Below are positions 14,890-30,600 of a stretch of DNA of 64,000 bases, in pieces. Position 1 is the stretch's first letter; every line of letters starts with the position of its first letter. Both the position numbers and the translations under genes were made by a program. The DNA lies in assembly GCF_009914755.1 (NCBI RefSeq), contig NC_060939.1, one strand, 5' to 3'. Source of the stretch: the human T2T-CHM13v2.0 reference genome, Homo sapiens. The notes beneath the pieces are model-generated. The model had not been told where the DNA came from and searched no databases. It was given only the letters and a program-made list of their open reading frames with translations.

Positions 14890-15387
14890 GAACTAATACT
14901 AATTCTCAAACTAAACCTCTCAAAATTAAAGAGGAAGGAACTTATTTTATGAGGCCAGCATTTCTCTGATTTCAAAACCAGACAAACATGTAACAAAAGA
15001 AAATTACAAGCCAATATACTTCATGAACACAGATGCAAAAATTCTCAACAAGATACTAACAAACTAAATTCAATAACACATTAAAAAGATCATTCACTGT
15101 AATTAGTGGGGCTCATCCCAGGGATGAAAGGATGGTTCAACATATGGAAATCAATAAATGTGATACACCACATGAACAGAAAGAAAGACAAAAACCTTAT
15201 GATCATTTCAAGAGATACAGAAAAACAATTTGACAAAACTCAACATTCCTTCATTGAAAAAACTCTCAACAAATTCAGTATACAAGGAACATACCTCAAC
15301 ACAATATGTCACTTAAGACAAACCCACAGCTAATGTCATAAGATCAGGAATGAGACGAGGATGCCCACTTTCACCCCTCTATAGATG

Positions 15388-15537
15388 TTTTTTCCTTTTT
15401 TTTTTTTTTTTTTTTTATAGAGATGGGGTCTATGTTGCCTAGGCTGGTCTCAAACTCCTGGGCTCAAGATCCTCTTGCCTTAGTCTCCTGCGCTCCTGAG
15501 TAGCTGGGACTACAGATGCACACCACTATGCCTGGCA
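15388..15537 (-). mobile_element. Alu monomer (FLAM-like)
   Basis: Poly-T followed by an antisense single arm. Confidence 0.8.
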
Positions 15538-15997
15538 CATGATCTTACATACAGAAAATCCTAAAGACTCCACCAAATAATTCTTAGAATAAGTGAATTC
15601 ACCAAATTAGCAGGATACAAAAATCAACATACAAAAATCAGTGGTATTTCCATACATTAATAGTGAATGATCTGAAAAAGAATCAAAAGAGCAATTCCAT
15701 TTACAATAGTAATAATAAAAATAAGATACCTAGGAATAAACTTAACAAGATAAAATATCTCTACGTTGTTAACTATAAGAAGACTTTTTTAAAATTATAC
15801 TTTAAGTTCTATGGTACATGTGCACAATGTGCAGGTTTGTTACATATGTTTACATGCGCCATGTTGGTGTGCTGCACCCGTTAACTCACCATTTACATTC
15901 GGTATATCTCCTAATGCTATCCCTCCACGCTCCCCGCACCCCATGACAGGCCCCGGTGTGTGATGTTCCCCTTCCTGTGTCCAAGTGTTCTCATTGT

Positions 15998-19818
<3,821 letters not shown>

Positions 19819-19881
19819 TATGATGTTAGCTGGTTATTTTGCTCGTTAGTTGATGTAGTTTCTTCCTAGCATCAATGGTCT

Positions 19882-20896
19882 TTACAATTTGGCATGTTTT
19901 TGCAGTGGCTGGTCCCGGTTGTTCCTTTCCATGTTTAGTGCTTCCTTCAGGAACTCTTGTAGGGGAGGCCTGGTGGTGACAAAATCGCTCAGCATTTGCT
20001 TGTCTGTAAAGGATTTTATTTCTCCTTCACTTATGAAGCTTAGTTTGGCAGGATATGAAATTCTGGGTTGAAAATTCTTTTCTTTAAGAATGTTGAATAT
20101 TGGCCCCCATTCTCTCCTGGCTTGAAGAGTTTCTGCTGAGAGATCAGCTGTTAGTCTGATGGGCTTCCCTTTGTGGGTAACCTGACCTTTCTCTCTGGCT
20201 GCCCTTAACATTCTTCCCTTCATTTCAACTTTGGTGAATCTGACAATTATGTGTCTTGGAGTTGCTCTTCTCGAGGAGTATCTTTGTGGCCGTCTGTATT
20301 TCTTGAATTTGAATGTTGGCCTGCCTTGCTAGGTTGGGGAATTTCTCCTGGATAATATCCTGCAGAGTGTTTTCCAACTTGGTTCCATTCTCCCTGTCAC
20401 TTACAGGTACACCAATCAGACGCAGATTTGGTCTTTTCACATAGTCCCATATTTCTGGGAGGCTTTGTTCATTTCTTTTTACTCTTTTTTCTCTAAACTT
20501 CTCTTCTCGCTTCATTTCATTCATTTGATCTTCAATCACTGATACCCTTTCTTCCAGTTGATAGAATCGGCTACTGAAGCTTGTGCATGTGTCACATAGT
20601 TCTCGTGCCACGGTTTTCAGCTCCATCAGGTAACTTAAGGACTTGTCTACATTGGTTATTCTAGTTAGCCATTCGTCTAATCTTTTTTCAAGGTTTTTCG
20701 CTTTTTTGCAGTGGGTTCGAACTTCCTCCTTTAGCTCTGAGAAGTTTGATTGTCTGAAGCCTTCTTCTCTCAACTTGTTAAAGTCATTCTCCATCCAGCT
20801 TTTTTCCGTTGCTGATGAGGAGCTGCGTTCCTTTGGAGGGCGAGAGGTGCTCTGATTTTTAGAATTTTCAGCTTTTCTGCTCTGTTTTTTTCCCAT
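19882..20896 (-). pseudogene. L1 ORF1p, frameshifted
   Basis: ORFs 20225..20914 (MGKKQSRK...YVKRPNLRLIGVP) and 19882..20223 (...LQKHAKL) are in different frames. Confidence 0.92.
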
Positions 20897-21022
20897 CTTT
20901 GTGGTTTTATCCACCTTTAGTCTTTGATGATGGTGACGTACAGATGGGGTTTTGGTGTGGATGTCCTTTGTTTGTTAGTTTTCCTTCTAACAGTCAGGAC
21001 CCTCAGCTGCAGGTCTGTTGGA

Positions 21023-21150
21023 GTTTCCTCAGGTCCACTCCAGACCCTGTTTGCCTGGGTATCAGCAGCGGAGGCTGCAGAACAGCGAATATTGCTGAAC
21101 AGCAAATGTTGCTGCCTGATCGTTCTTCTGGAAGCTTCGTCTCAGAGAGG
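21023..21150 (-). promoter_or_regulatory. ~128-bp L1 5'UTR segment carrying the ZNF93 binding region (lost in younger L1s)
   Basis: Extra block between ...ctgttgga and tacccggctgtgtgagg relative to the remembered L1HS sequence; matches the known 129-bp segment of L1PA3-6. Confidence 0.7.
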
Positions 21151-21464
21151 TACCCGGCTGTGTGAGGTGTCAGTCTGCCCCTACTGGGGGGTGCCTCCCA
21201 GTTAGGCTACTCGGGGGTCAGGGACCCACTTGAGGGGGCAGTCTGTCCCTTCTCAGATCTCAAACTACATGCTGGGAGAACCACCACTCATTTCAAAGCT
21301 GTCAGACAGGGACATTTAAGTCTGCAGAGGTTTCTGTTGCCTTTTGTTTGGCTGTGCCCTGCCCCCAGAGGTGGAGTCTACAGAGGCAGACAGGCCTCCC
21401 TGAGCTGTGGTAGGCTCCACCCAGTTCGAGCTTCCTGGCCGCTTTACCTACTCAAGCCTCAGCA

Positions 21465-21539
21465 ATGGCGGGCACCCCTCCCCCAGCCTCTTTGCTGCCT
21501 TGCAGATTGATCTCAGACTGCTGTGCTAGCAATGAGTGA
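21465..21539 (+). pseudogene. L1 ORF0 remnant, truncated at codon 25
   Basis: MAGTPPPASLLPCRLISDCCASNE* (gcaATGg context; TGA at 21537-21539) matches the ORF0 N-terminus. Confidence 0.75.
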
Positions 21540-22724
21540 GGCTCCATGGGTGTGGGACCCTCTGAGCCAGGTGCGGGATATAATCTCCTGGTGTGCCATT
21601 TGCTCAGTTGGAAATGCAGAAATCACCCGTCTTCTGCGTCGCTCATGCTGGGAGCTGTAGACTGGAGCTGTTCCTATTTGGCCATCTTGGAACTGCCCGA
21701 GAATTTTTTTTTATAAAAAGAAAGAGGGCACCAATAAATGGAAAAATATCCTGTGTTCATGGATTAGAATAATTAATATTGTTAAAATGGCTATACTACC
21801 CAAAGCAATCTACAGATTTAATGCAATCTCTGTCGGAATACCAATGACATTCTTCACACACAAAAAAAACAATCCTAAAATTCATAGAGAACCAAAACAA
21901 AACACAGCCTGAATAGCCAAAGCAATCCTGAGCAAAAAGAACAAAGCTGGAGGCATCATATTAATTGACTTAAAAATGTAGTACAAAACTATAGTTATCA
22001 AAACACCATGGGTCTGGTATAAAAACAGATACATAGACCAATGGAACAAAATAAAGAGTCCAGAGATAAATTCATGCACTGACAACCAACTTATTTTTGG
22101 TAAAGCTGCCAAGAACATGCAATGGGGAAATGAGAGTCTCTTCAATAAACCGTGCTGGGATAATTGGGTATCTACATGCAGAAGAATGAGACTAGAACCC
22201 TACTTCTCACCAATACAAAAACCAACTCAAAATAAGTTAAAAATGTAAATGTAAAACCTGAAACTATGAATGTACTAGAAGAAAACACAGAGGAAATGTT
22301 TCACAGATTGAGTCAGGCAAGGAGTTTAAAAATAAGATCTTAAAACCACAATTAACATACCAAAAAAATAGACAAAGGGGATTATATCAAACTAAAATGC
22401 TTTTACACAGCAAAGTTAACTAACAGAGTGAAGAGACAACCTGCAGAATGGGAGAAAATATCTGCAAACTATACATCTGATAACGGGTTAATATCTAGAA
22501 TATATACAAAACTTAAATAACTCAACAGTGAAAAACTAAATAACCCAATTCAAAAAGGGACAAAAGATCTTAATAGACTTTTCTCAGAAGACATACAAAT
22601 GGCCAACAGGTATACGAAAAAATGCTCAACATCACTAATCATCAAGGAAATGCCAATTAGGACCACAATGAGATACCAGCCCACTCCAGTTAGAATAGTT
22701 ATTATCAAAAAGACAAAAGAAGAT

Positions 22725-23345
<621 letters not shown>

Positions 23346-24023
23346 CTAGTATAGCCATCATGTAAAAAGTATGGAAATAGAACTACTGTATGATCCAGGA
23401 ATACCACTGTTGGTTATAAATCCAAAGAAATGAAACCAGCATGTCAAAGAGGTATCTACACTCCCATGTTTATTGCAGCACTATTCAAAATAGCCAAGAT
23501 ATGGAGTCGACCTAAGTGTTCTTCAGTGGATTAAGGGACAAAGTGTGTTATACACACATAATGGAATACTATTTAGCCATAAAAAAGAATGCAATCTTTC
23601 TTTTTTACAACATGGATGGACTTGGAGGTTTGTTACAACATGGATGGACCTGGAGGTTTTTATGTTAAGTGAAATAAACCAGGCACAGAAGGACAAATAT
23701 TGCATGATCTCACTCAAGTGTGTAATCTATAACGAGAAGTTGAAGTTGGTATCCAGAAGCAGAGAGTACACCAGCGGTTACCAGAGGCTGAGGAGGGGCT
23801 GGGGGAAGAAGAGAGGAGGAAGAGAGGTTGGTCAATGGGTACAAGGCTACAATTAGATAGGAGGAATAAATTCTGGTGTTCTATTGCATAGTAGAGTGAC
23901 TACGGTTAACAGTAAAGTGTTGTATATTACAAAATCCCTAGAAGAGAGGCTTCTGAATGTTCTTACCACAAATGACAAATGTATGAGGTTATGAACACAA
24001 TAGGTATCCTGATCAGATCATTA

Positions 24024-24027
<4 letters not shown>

Positions 24028-24056
<29 letters not shown>
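24028..24056. repeat. (TA)n microsatellite
   Basis: Direct reading. Confidence 0.95.
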
Positions 24057-24059
<3 letters not shown>

Positions 24060-24092
24060 ATCAAAATGTACTCAGTAAGTTTGTATAGTTAC

Positions 24093-26348
24093 TGATATGG
24101 TGTAGCAGCGTCCCCATCCAAATCTCATCTTGAATTCCCATGTATTGAGGGAGGGACTTGGTGGGAGGCAATCGAATCATGGGTACAGGTCTTTCCCGTG
24201 CTGTTCTCATGATAGAGAATAAGTCTCACGAGATCTGGTGGCTTTTTATAAAAAGGAATTCCCTTGCACAAACTCTCTCTTTGCCTGCCACCATCCACGT
24301 AAGTTGTGACTTGCTCCTCCTTGCTTTCCAGCATGATTGTGAGGCCTCCCCAGCCATCTGGAAATTTAAGTCCATTAAACCTCTTTTTCTTTCCAGTCTT
24401 GGTTATGTCTTTATCAGCAGTGTGAAAACAGACTAATACAGTAAATTGGTACCAGTAGAGTGGGGCTCTGCTAAAAAGTTCCCTGAAAATGTTGGAAGTG
24501 ACTTTGGAACTGGGTAACAGGTAAAGGTTGGAACAGTTTGGAGGGCTCAGAAGAAGACAGGAAAATGTGGGAAAGTTTGGAACTTCTTAAGAGACTTGTT
24601 GAATGGCTTTGACCAAAAATGCTGATAATGGTAACGACAATGAAATCCAGGCTGAGCTGGTCTCAGATGGCGATGAGGAAATTGTTGGGAACTGGAGCAA
24701 AGGTGACTCTTGCTGTGTTTTAGCAAAGAGACTGGCGGCATTTTTCCCCTGCCTTAGAGATTTGTGGAAATTTCAGCTTGAGGGAGATGATTTAGGGTAT
24801 CTGGCAGAAGAAATTTCTAAGCAGCAAAGCATTCAAGGGGTGACTTGGGTGCTGTTAAAAAGCATTCAATTTTAAAAGGAAACAGCATAAAAGTTTGGAA
24901 AATTTGCAGCCTGACTACGCGATAGAAAAGAAAATCCCATTTTCTGAGGAGATATTCAAGCCGACTGCAGAAATTTGCATAAGTAACAAGGAACTGAATG
25001 TTAATCCCCAAGACAATGAGGAAAATGTCGCCAGGGCATGTCAGAGGTCTTCATGGCAGCCCCTCCCATCACAGACCTGGAGGCCTAGGAGGAAAAGATG
25101 GTTTAGTGGGGCAGGCTCAGGGCTCCCCTGCTCTGTGCAGCCTAGGGACTTGGTACCTTGACTTCCAGCCACTCTGGCCATGGCTAAAGGGGCCAAGATA
25201 CAGCTTGGGCTGTTGCTCCAGAGGATGGAAGCCCCAAGCCTTGGCAGCTTCCATGTGGTGTTGAGCCTGCAGGTGCACCGAAGTCAAGAATTGAAGTTTG
25301 GGAACCTACACCTAGATTTCACAGGATGTACGGAAATGCCTGGGTGCCTAGGCAGAAGTTTGCTGCAGGGGAGGGGCTGTCATGCAGAACCTCTGCTAGG
25401 GCAGTGTGGAAGGGAAATGTGGGGTCAGAGCCCCTACACAGAGTCCCTACTGTGGCACCGCATAGTGGAGCTGTGAGAAGAGGACCACTGTCCTCCAGAC
25501 CCCAGAATGGTAGATCCATTGACAGCTTGCACCACGTGCCTGGAAAAACTGCAGACACTCAATGCCAGCCCGTGAAAGCAGCCAAGAGAGGGGCTATACC
25601 CTACAAAGTCACACAGGCAGAGCCGCCCAACACGATGGGAACCCACCTCTTGCAACAGTGTGACCTGGATGTGAGACATGGAGTCAAAAGAGATCATTTT
25701 GGAGCTTTAAGATCTGACTGCCCTGTTGGATTTGGACTGGCATGGGGCCTGTAGCCCCTTTGTTTTGGCCAATTTCCCCTATTTGGAATGGGTATATTTG
25801 CCCAATGCCTGTACCTCCATTGCATCTAAGAAGTAACTAACTTGCTTTGGATTTTACAGGCTCACAGGCAGAAGGGACTTGCCTTGTCTCAGATGAGATG
25901 TTGTACTATGGACTTTTGAGTTAATGCTGAAATAAGTTAAGACTTTGGGGGACTGTTGGGAAGGCATGATTGGTTTTGAAATGTGAGGACATGAGATTTG
26001 GGAGGGGCTGGGGTGGAATAATGTGGTTTGGCTGCATCCCCACCCAAACCTCATCTTGAATTCCCATGTGCTTTGGGAGGGACCCGGTGGGAGGTAACTG
26101 AATCATGGGGGCAGGTCTTTCCCATGCTGTTCTCGTGATAGTGAATAAGTCTCAAAAGATCTGATGGTTTTACAAAGAGGAGTTCCCCTGCACAAGCTCT
26201 CTCTTTGCCTGCCACAACCCATGCAACACATGACTTACTCCTCCTTGTGTTCTGCCATGATTGTGAGGTCTCCCCAGCCATGTGGAACCCTCTTTTTTTC
26301 TCAGCCTTGGGTATGTCTTTAACAGTAGTGTAAAAACAGACTAATACA
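24093..26348 (+). mobile_element. Complete THE1 (THE1A-like) MaLR provirus: LTR 24093-24440, internal 24441-26018, LTR 26019-26348
   Basis: tgatatgg...ctaataca LTR ends, internal region starting gtaaattggtaccag, 5-bp TSD gttac at 24088-24092 and 26349-26353. Confidence 0.93.
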
Positions 26349-27919
26349 GTTACAATGTGCCAATGAAAAAAATTAAAAATGAAATAAATTCAGATGTCTA
26401 ATAGTAAAATAAAATTAGTTGGATATGCTGTAAAAGTCTTTTTAAATTTTTGACACATCCTTCTACAGTGTCTGGCACAAAATTAGTATGGGTGGCCATA
26501 CTTTGAATTGAAAAATATTTCCAAGAATGGCTTAGATGCAGAAACTTGACTGAAACAAATAAAATAATAAGAATAAATACTGTAATGATCTCATGTCTCT
26601 TAGATATCTTCCTACCTCTCCTATGCCAGATAAGGGGAAGGAAGGGACAGATGTCAGAATCTGCTCCTGCTCTACTTCAGGGATACAGCCAGAGAACAGC
26701 TCCAACGACTGTACTGGAGCCCTTTCTACTCAACTTCACAACTGACAAAAATGCCCAGATTGTAACAGGGAGTGGAGTGAGACTTCTTGTCAGTTCATAT
26801 CTGGGAAGGTGAGAAGGCAAGTATGAAAATGATTAGCAAAAAAAAAAAAAAAAAAAAAAAAATGCTTTGTTTGCTAAACTAGGCAGATGTGAAATATGGT
26901 TTGCAGTTTTACACAGTCCTCACCAAGCCAAATAACAATGCATTATCTGTAAGAAAACAATATTCAACAACAGTGGTTCAAATCAGAGAAAGACTGGCAT
27001 GGTATTTTTTGAAGCAGTATGGTTGTCAATCATCATTTTTAAGTCACATGAGTTATTTGGTTTGGCAGATTACCACTGCTCCTTCCTAAAGGAGGAAGGT
27101 ATTAGGGGAAAAATACCTCCTAAAGGAAGGTATTAAAAGAAGGATTTGGTAATTATAATAATGTATGTGAAAATGTACGTATTTCCCCCTGGAAGGCCCA
27201 CTGGAATTGCAATGAAGCATTTGAATGGATCTTCCGCTTCATCACAGCTAAGGCATGTGGCTAAGTTGTCTGGATGACAAGCATGCAGGGTTGCTGCATC
27301 ACAGGGTAGCCCAAGGGAGAATGCAGGGACAGAATGACATTCGTCAGCAGAGAGGGCAAATTCTACAACGACCAAAAGGACATGGGGAATTGAATGGGAT
27401 CAAGCAACTGAGAGAAAGGCCAGGGAGGCTAAAAGTCAAGTGCTGTAAGATAAATGGTTGTGGCCCAAAGGGCCTGGTGCTCTCCAGTAATAAATACACT
27501 TGAGGAAAGAGGACAGGCAGATAGAAGGGGTAAGTGAACAAAGTAATCAAGGGTAAGGAAGCTACTGAATGAAACAACTGTTCCCAAGAAAGCACTACAA
27601 GAAAGCAGAAGAAATTTATGAACTGCGAAAGAAGCAAATACAGAGGAGTGCATTCTTGTTCTCCTGTTAACCAACCATAAGCTTCAGAGAGCAACAAATT
27701 GCATGGATTTGGGGAGCCAGAGATCAGTGCAGAACACAGAAGAGGTGCTGATAGGTGGAACAGGTAATTGATTAACACCAGATGAAACTCTGTTGGGAAA
27801 TAAAAAATTAACGAGGGTAAATGAGTTCAGATGCCAAAGTAGGAGTAAATTTCCCTGGAGAGAAGGTGACCTTAGAAGGAAACAGGGCTGACCTTGAACA
27901 GGTGTCAGAAATTGCCACA

Positions 27920-28240
27920 TTTGTGTAGTGGAAAGCATACAGGTGTTGGGAGTCCAGCTAGACATGAATTCCACTCTCAGCTCTCCTACCTACTTTTAAT
28001 CTTGTTTATTACATAACCTTGGGCTAAGTACTTAACTTCTCTGAGCAATTTCCTCACCTACAAAGCTTAAGTTAGAAATATTACACTTACAGGGCTGCAA
28101 AGCCTCTACTACAATACCTTACACTTAAAGGGGTTACTATACTATACTATAGGTATAACCCTATAAGGTTAACCTACTAGGTGTAAGGTATTATACTATA
28201 ATGGGTACTCTATAAATGGTAGCTATTATTGTTGTTTTAA
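27920..28240. mobile_element. MIR
   Basis: ccttgggctaagtacttaacttctctgagcaatttcctcacc core; aaatggtagctattattgttg end. Confidence 0.65.
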
Positions 28241-28383
28241 GTCTGAACCTAATTTATAACCAGAGATGAACTGAGATAGGGGAATTCTCAGAAATTCCTT
28301 CAGTTGGAAAGAGTTGACATCAAGAAACTTGTAAAAGCTCTAGCAGAACACATTCTAACATCACATATCTAAATATCAAGAAA

Positions 28384-28686
28384 AGCCAGGTGTGGTGACT
28401 CACACCTGTAATCCCAGCACTTTGGGAGATGGAGGCGGGTGGGTCATTTGTGGTCAAGAGTTTGAGACCAGCCTGGCAAACATGGTGAAACCTTATCTCT
28501 ACTAAAAATACAAAAATTAGCCAGGCATGGTGGCATGTGCCTGTAATCCCAGCTACTTGGGAGGCTGAGGCAGAAGAATTGCTTGAACCCAGGAGGCGAA
28601 GGTTGCTGTGAGCCAAGGTTGCGCTGCACCACTGCACTCCAGACTGGGTGATAGAAAAAACAACAACAACAACAACAAAAAAACAA
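28384..28686 (+). mobile_element. Alu (AluS-like) with (CAA)n tail
   Basis: Dimeric Alu. Confidence 0.92.
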
Positions 28687-28718
28687 CCAAGAATGATACC
28701 TGAGCTCTACCTATATTG

Positions 28719-28851
28719 CTACTTAATATTTACCCTTTTGTCCAAAATTTTTGGTTTCACTGAGATAATCATTTTTCCCTATATGTTGAATTTCCTATTT
28801 ATGTATCACTAATTGTCTATCTTTTTTGTCAAAATGAAATTTCCTGTCAAG
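28719..28851 (+). repeat. 133-bp perfect direct repeat, copy A (copy B at 30468-30600)
   Basis: ctacttaatatttacccttttgtcc...gaaatttcctgtcaag identical by manual comparison. Confidence 0.95.
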
Positions 28852-28895
28852 AGAGAATTTTCTTTCTCTCTACAAAACTGTTTTAAAAAATCCAT

Positions 28896-29098
28896 TGTGC
28901 TCTTCCGTGTTTTCCAAATTGTGTTTATCATTGAGCATGTATTACTTTCATAATTAGGAAAAAGAACTTATTTTTAAAAGGTGGGGGACAGACAGACAGA
29001 CATGCTGTCTGCTGCTGCAAAAGAGCCTGAATATCTGAAGTAAAGTATTAATAGCAGCAATGGAGTGAAGGTGATAAATCTGAGAAATATTTACAAGG
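28896..29098 (+). repeat. Diverged ~200-bp local duplication of 12402-12596
   Basis: Colinear blocks gtgttttccaaatt, tcattgagca, tttcataattag, aaaagaacttatttt, aaaaggtgg, tctgctgctgcaa, ctgaagtaaag, gcaatggagtga, tatttacaagg. Confidence 0.85.
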
Positions 29099-29235
29099 TA
29101 TTCTTGGTATTCTCTACCAGGAATGTGTGAATGGCATTGTGAGAACCACTGCCATCACATGGGCCTTGAGATTTAAATTATTTTAATATAGTTTCTTAAC
29201 AAAGAACAAAGTTTTAAGAACTCTAGCAATTTTAC

Positions 29236-29468
29236 CTGATAAGGTCCTGAACTCGATTGTTAAAAGGATCACCTTGTGAGGGTTTGTTTTTCATTTCCTG
29301 TGTTGGTATTTTTGGGGTAGCTGGCTGGCAGTTTCCATCTGGTCGATTGGCAATCAGGCAGCCCAAAACCACAGCACTGACTTTGAGAAGTCCAGTTGTC
29401 AAGCCTTCAAAAACTTGTTTATTTGTATTTCTCCCCAAAATAGTATTATTTTCATCTGGAACATAAAC
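29236..29468 (-). CDS. SCAPER: Internal coding exon (233 bp, phase 0 start, ends 2 nt into a codon) of SCAPER, S-phase cyclin A-associated protein in the ER
   Basis: Minus strand: tttttttcatctag|GTTTATGTTCCAGAT...GACCTTATCAG|gtaaaa. Open frame of 77 codons + AG: VYVPDENNTILGRNTNKQVFEGLTTGLLKVSAVVLGCLIANRPDGNCQPATPKIPTQEMKNKPSQGDPFNNRVQDLI. Matches my memory of the SCAPER C-terminal region (continuing ...SYVVNMGLIDKLC); overlaps ORF 29232..29438. Identity not database-checked. Confidence 0.9.
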
Positions 29469-29574
29469 CTAGATGAAAAAAAAGTACAGTAAATATGTTT
29501 CAATAAAACCACCAAAAATGGGCAGAGACAGTTTAGAACATTTCTGGAATCATAAGTAATTTTGACAATCTAAA

Positions 29575-29815
29575 ATGTTCAAGAGTGTTGGCTCTGAAAT
29601 CAGACTGCAAGTTCAAATCTGAGCTTTACCCTCAGTACCTGATGTCCCTGGATAAGGTTACTATTTCAAAATTCCAATTTCTCATCTATAAAACAAGGAT
29701 AATGAGAGTACCTGTATCATAGAATTTTTGTGATTATTAAATGAGCTGATACATATAAAATGCTTAGAACATGCACAGGCATGCTGTAAGTATTCAATAC
29801 TTAATAAATTATATT
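29575..29815. mobile_element. MIR
   Basis: ggctctgaaatcagactgcaagttcaaatc...tttctcatctataaaacaaggataat. Confidence 0.75.
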
Positions 29816-30199
29816 AAAAATTTAAATGAACTCAGAAAACAGATAAAATGACAGCACTGTTTCTTATTACAGTGTATTAAAAAAATCTAACCTGAATTCC
29901 TCTATCAGGATGAAATTTGCATTTCCTACTACAAAATGGCAAAATAGTTCTTTCCCTAGTACATAATGCCACACTCAGCTCTCTTTGTGTATAGTTTACA
30001 AGTAACGTGGTTATTAAACGTTGGAGCTTGGACCATGGCTCTGCAGTGTATGATCTGAGACAAGTTCCTTGCTTTCTGTATCTCCCTAGCTCCCAGGACA
30101 ACTCTGAAGTTCAACTAAGAAGATGAATGGGACAATATTTGGTAAAATATTAAATTCCACAAATGTACTTACTTGGTGACAACCAGCCTTTGCCTCATT

Positions 30200-30415
30200 T
30201 TCACTGTTTATCTGTATCAGTTCTACCAAAGATAGAGGAATAAATGATCACTTGGATCCAAAAGGGGGATCTTTAGCAAAAACAAGCAACTTATTGGCCA
30301 GAACTAGTCACACAGTCCACCCAACCACAAAGGGAGCCAGGAAATGTCATCCTATCATGTACTTGGAAAGAGAGAAAGAATCAGAACATCTGTTAAACAG
30401 CACTATCGACTGCAT
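30200..30415. mobile_element. MLT1-like LTR fragment
   Basis: attggccagaactagtcacac...aagggagccaggaaatgt motif. Confidence 0.5.
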
Positions 30416-30467
30416 AGTAATAGTTATTGTTTTTTCTATTATGACTATGCAAATATTCACAGCTAAT

Positions 30468-30600
30468 CTACTTAATATTTACCCTTTTGTCCAAAATTTT
30501 TGGTTTCACTGAGATAATCATTTTTCCCTATATGTTGAATTTCCTATTTATGTATCACTAATTGTCTATCTTTTTTGTCAAAATGAAATTTCCTGTCAAG
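30468..30600 (+). repeat. 133-bp perfect direct repeat, copy B
   Basis: Identical to 28719-28851; offset 1749 bp. Confidence 0.95.

Noticed and set aside
24125-26281. Dense overlapping ORFs on both strands
   Set aside because: All lie within the THE1 LTR/internal sequence; no intact retroviral gene is recognisable.
26838-26862. Isolated poly-A as a processed pseudogene tail
   Set aside because: No TSD or recognisable cDNA upstream; treated as a mononucleotide run.
27133-27974. Cluster of 80-144 aa ORFs in non-repeat sequence
   Set aside because: No recognisable protein similarity, they do not match remembered SCAPER sequence, and several lack a true ATG start.
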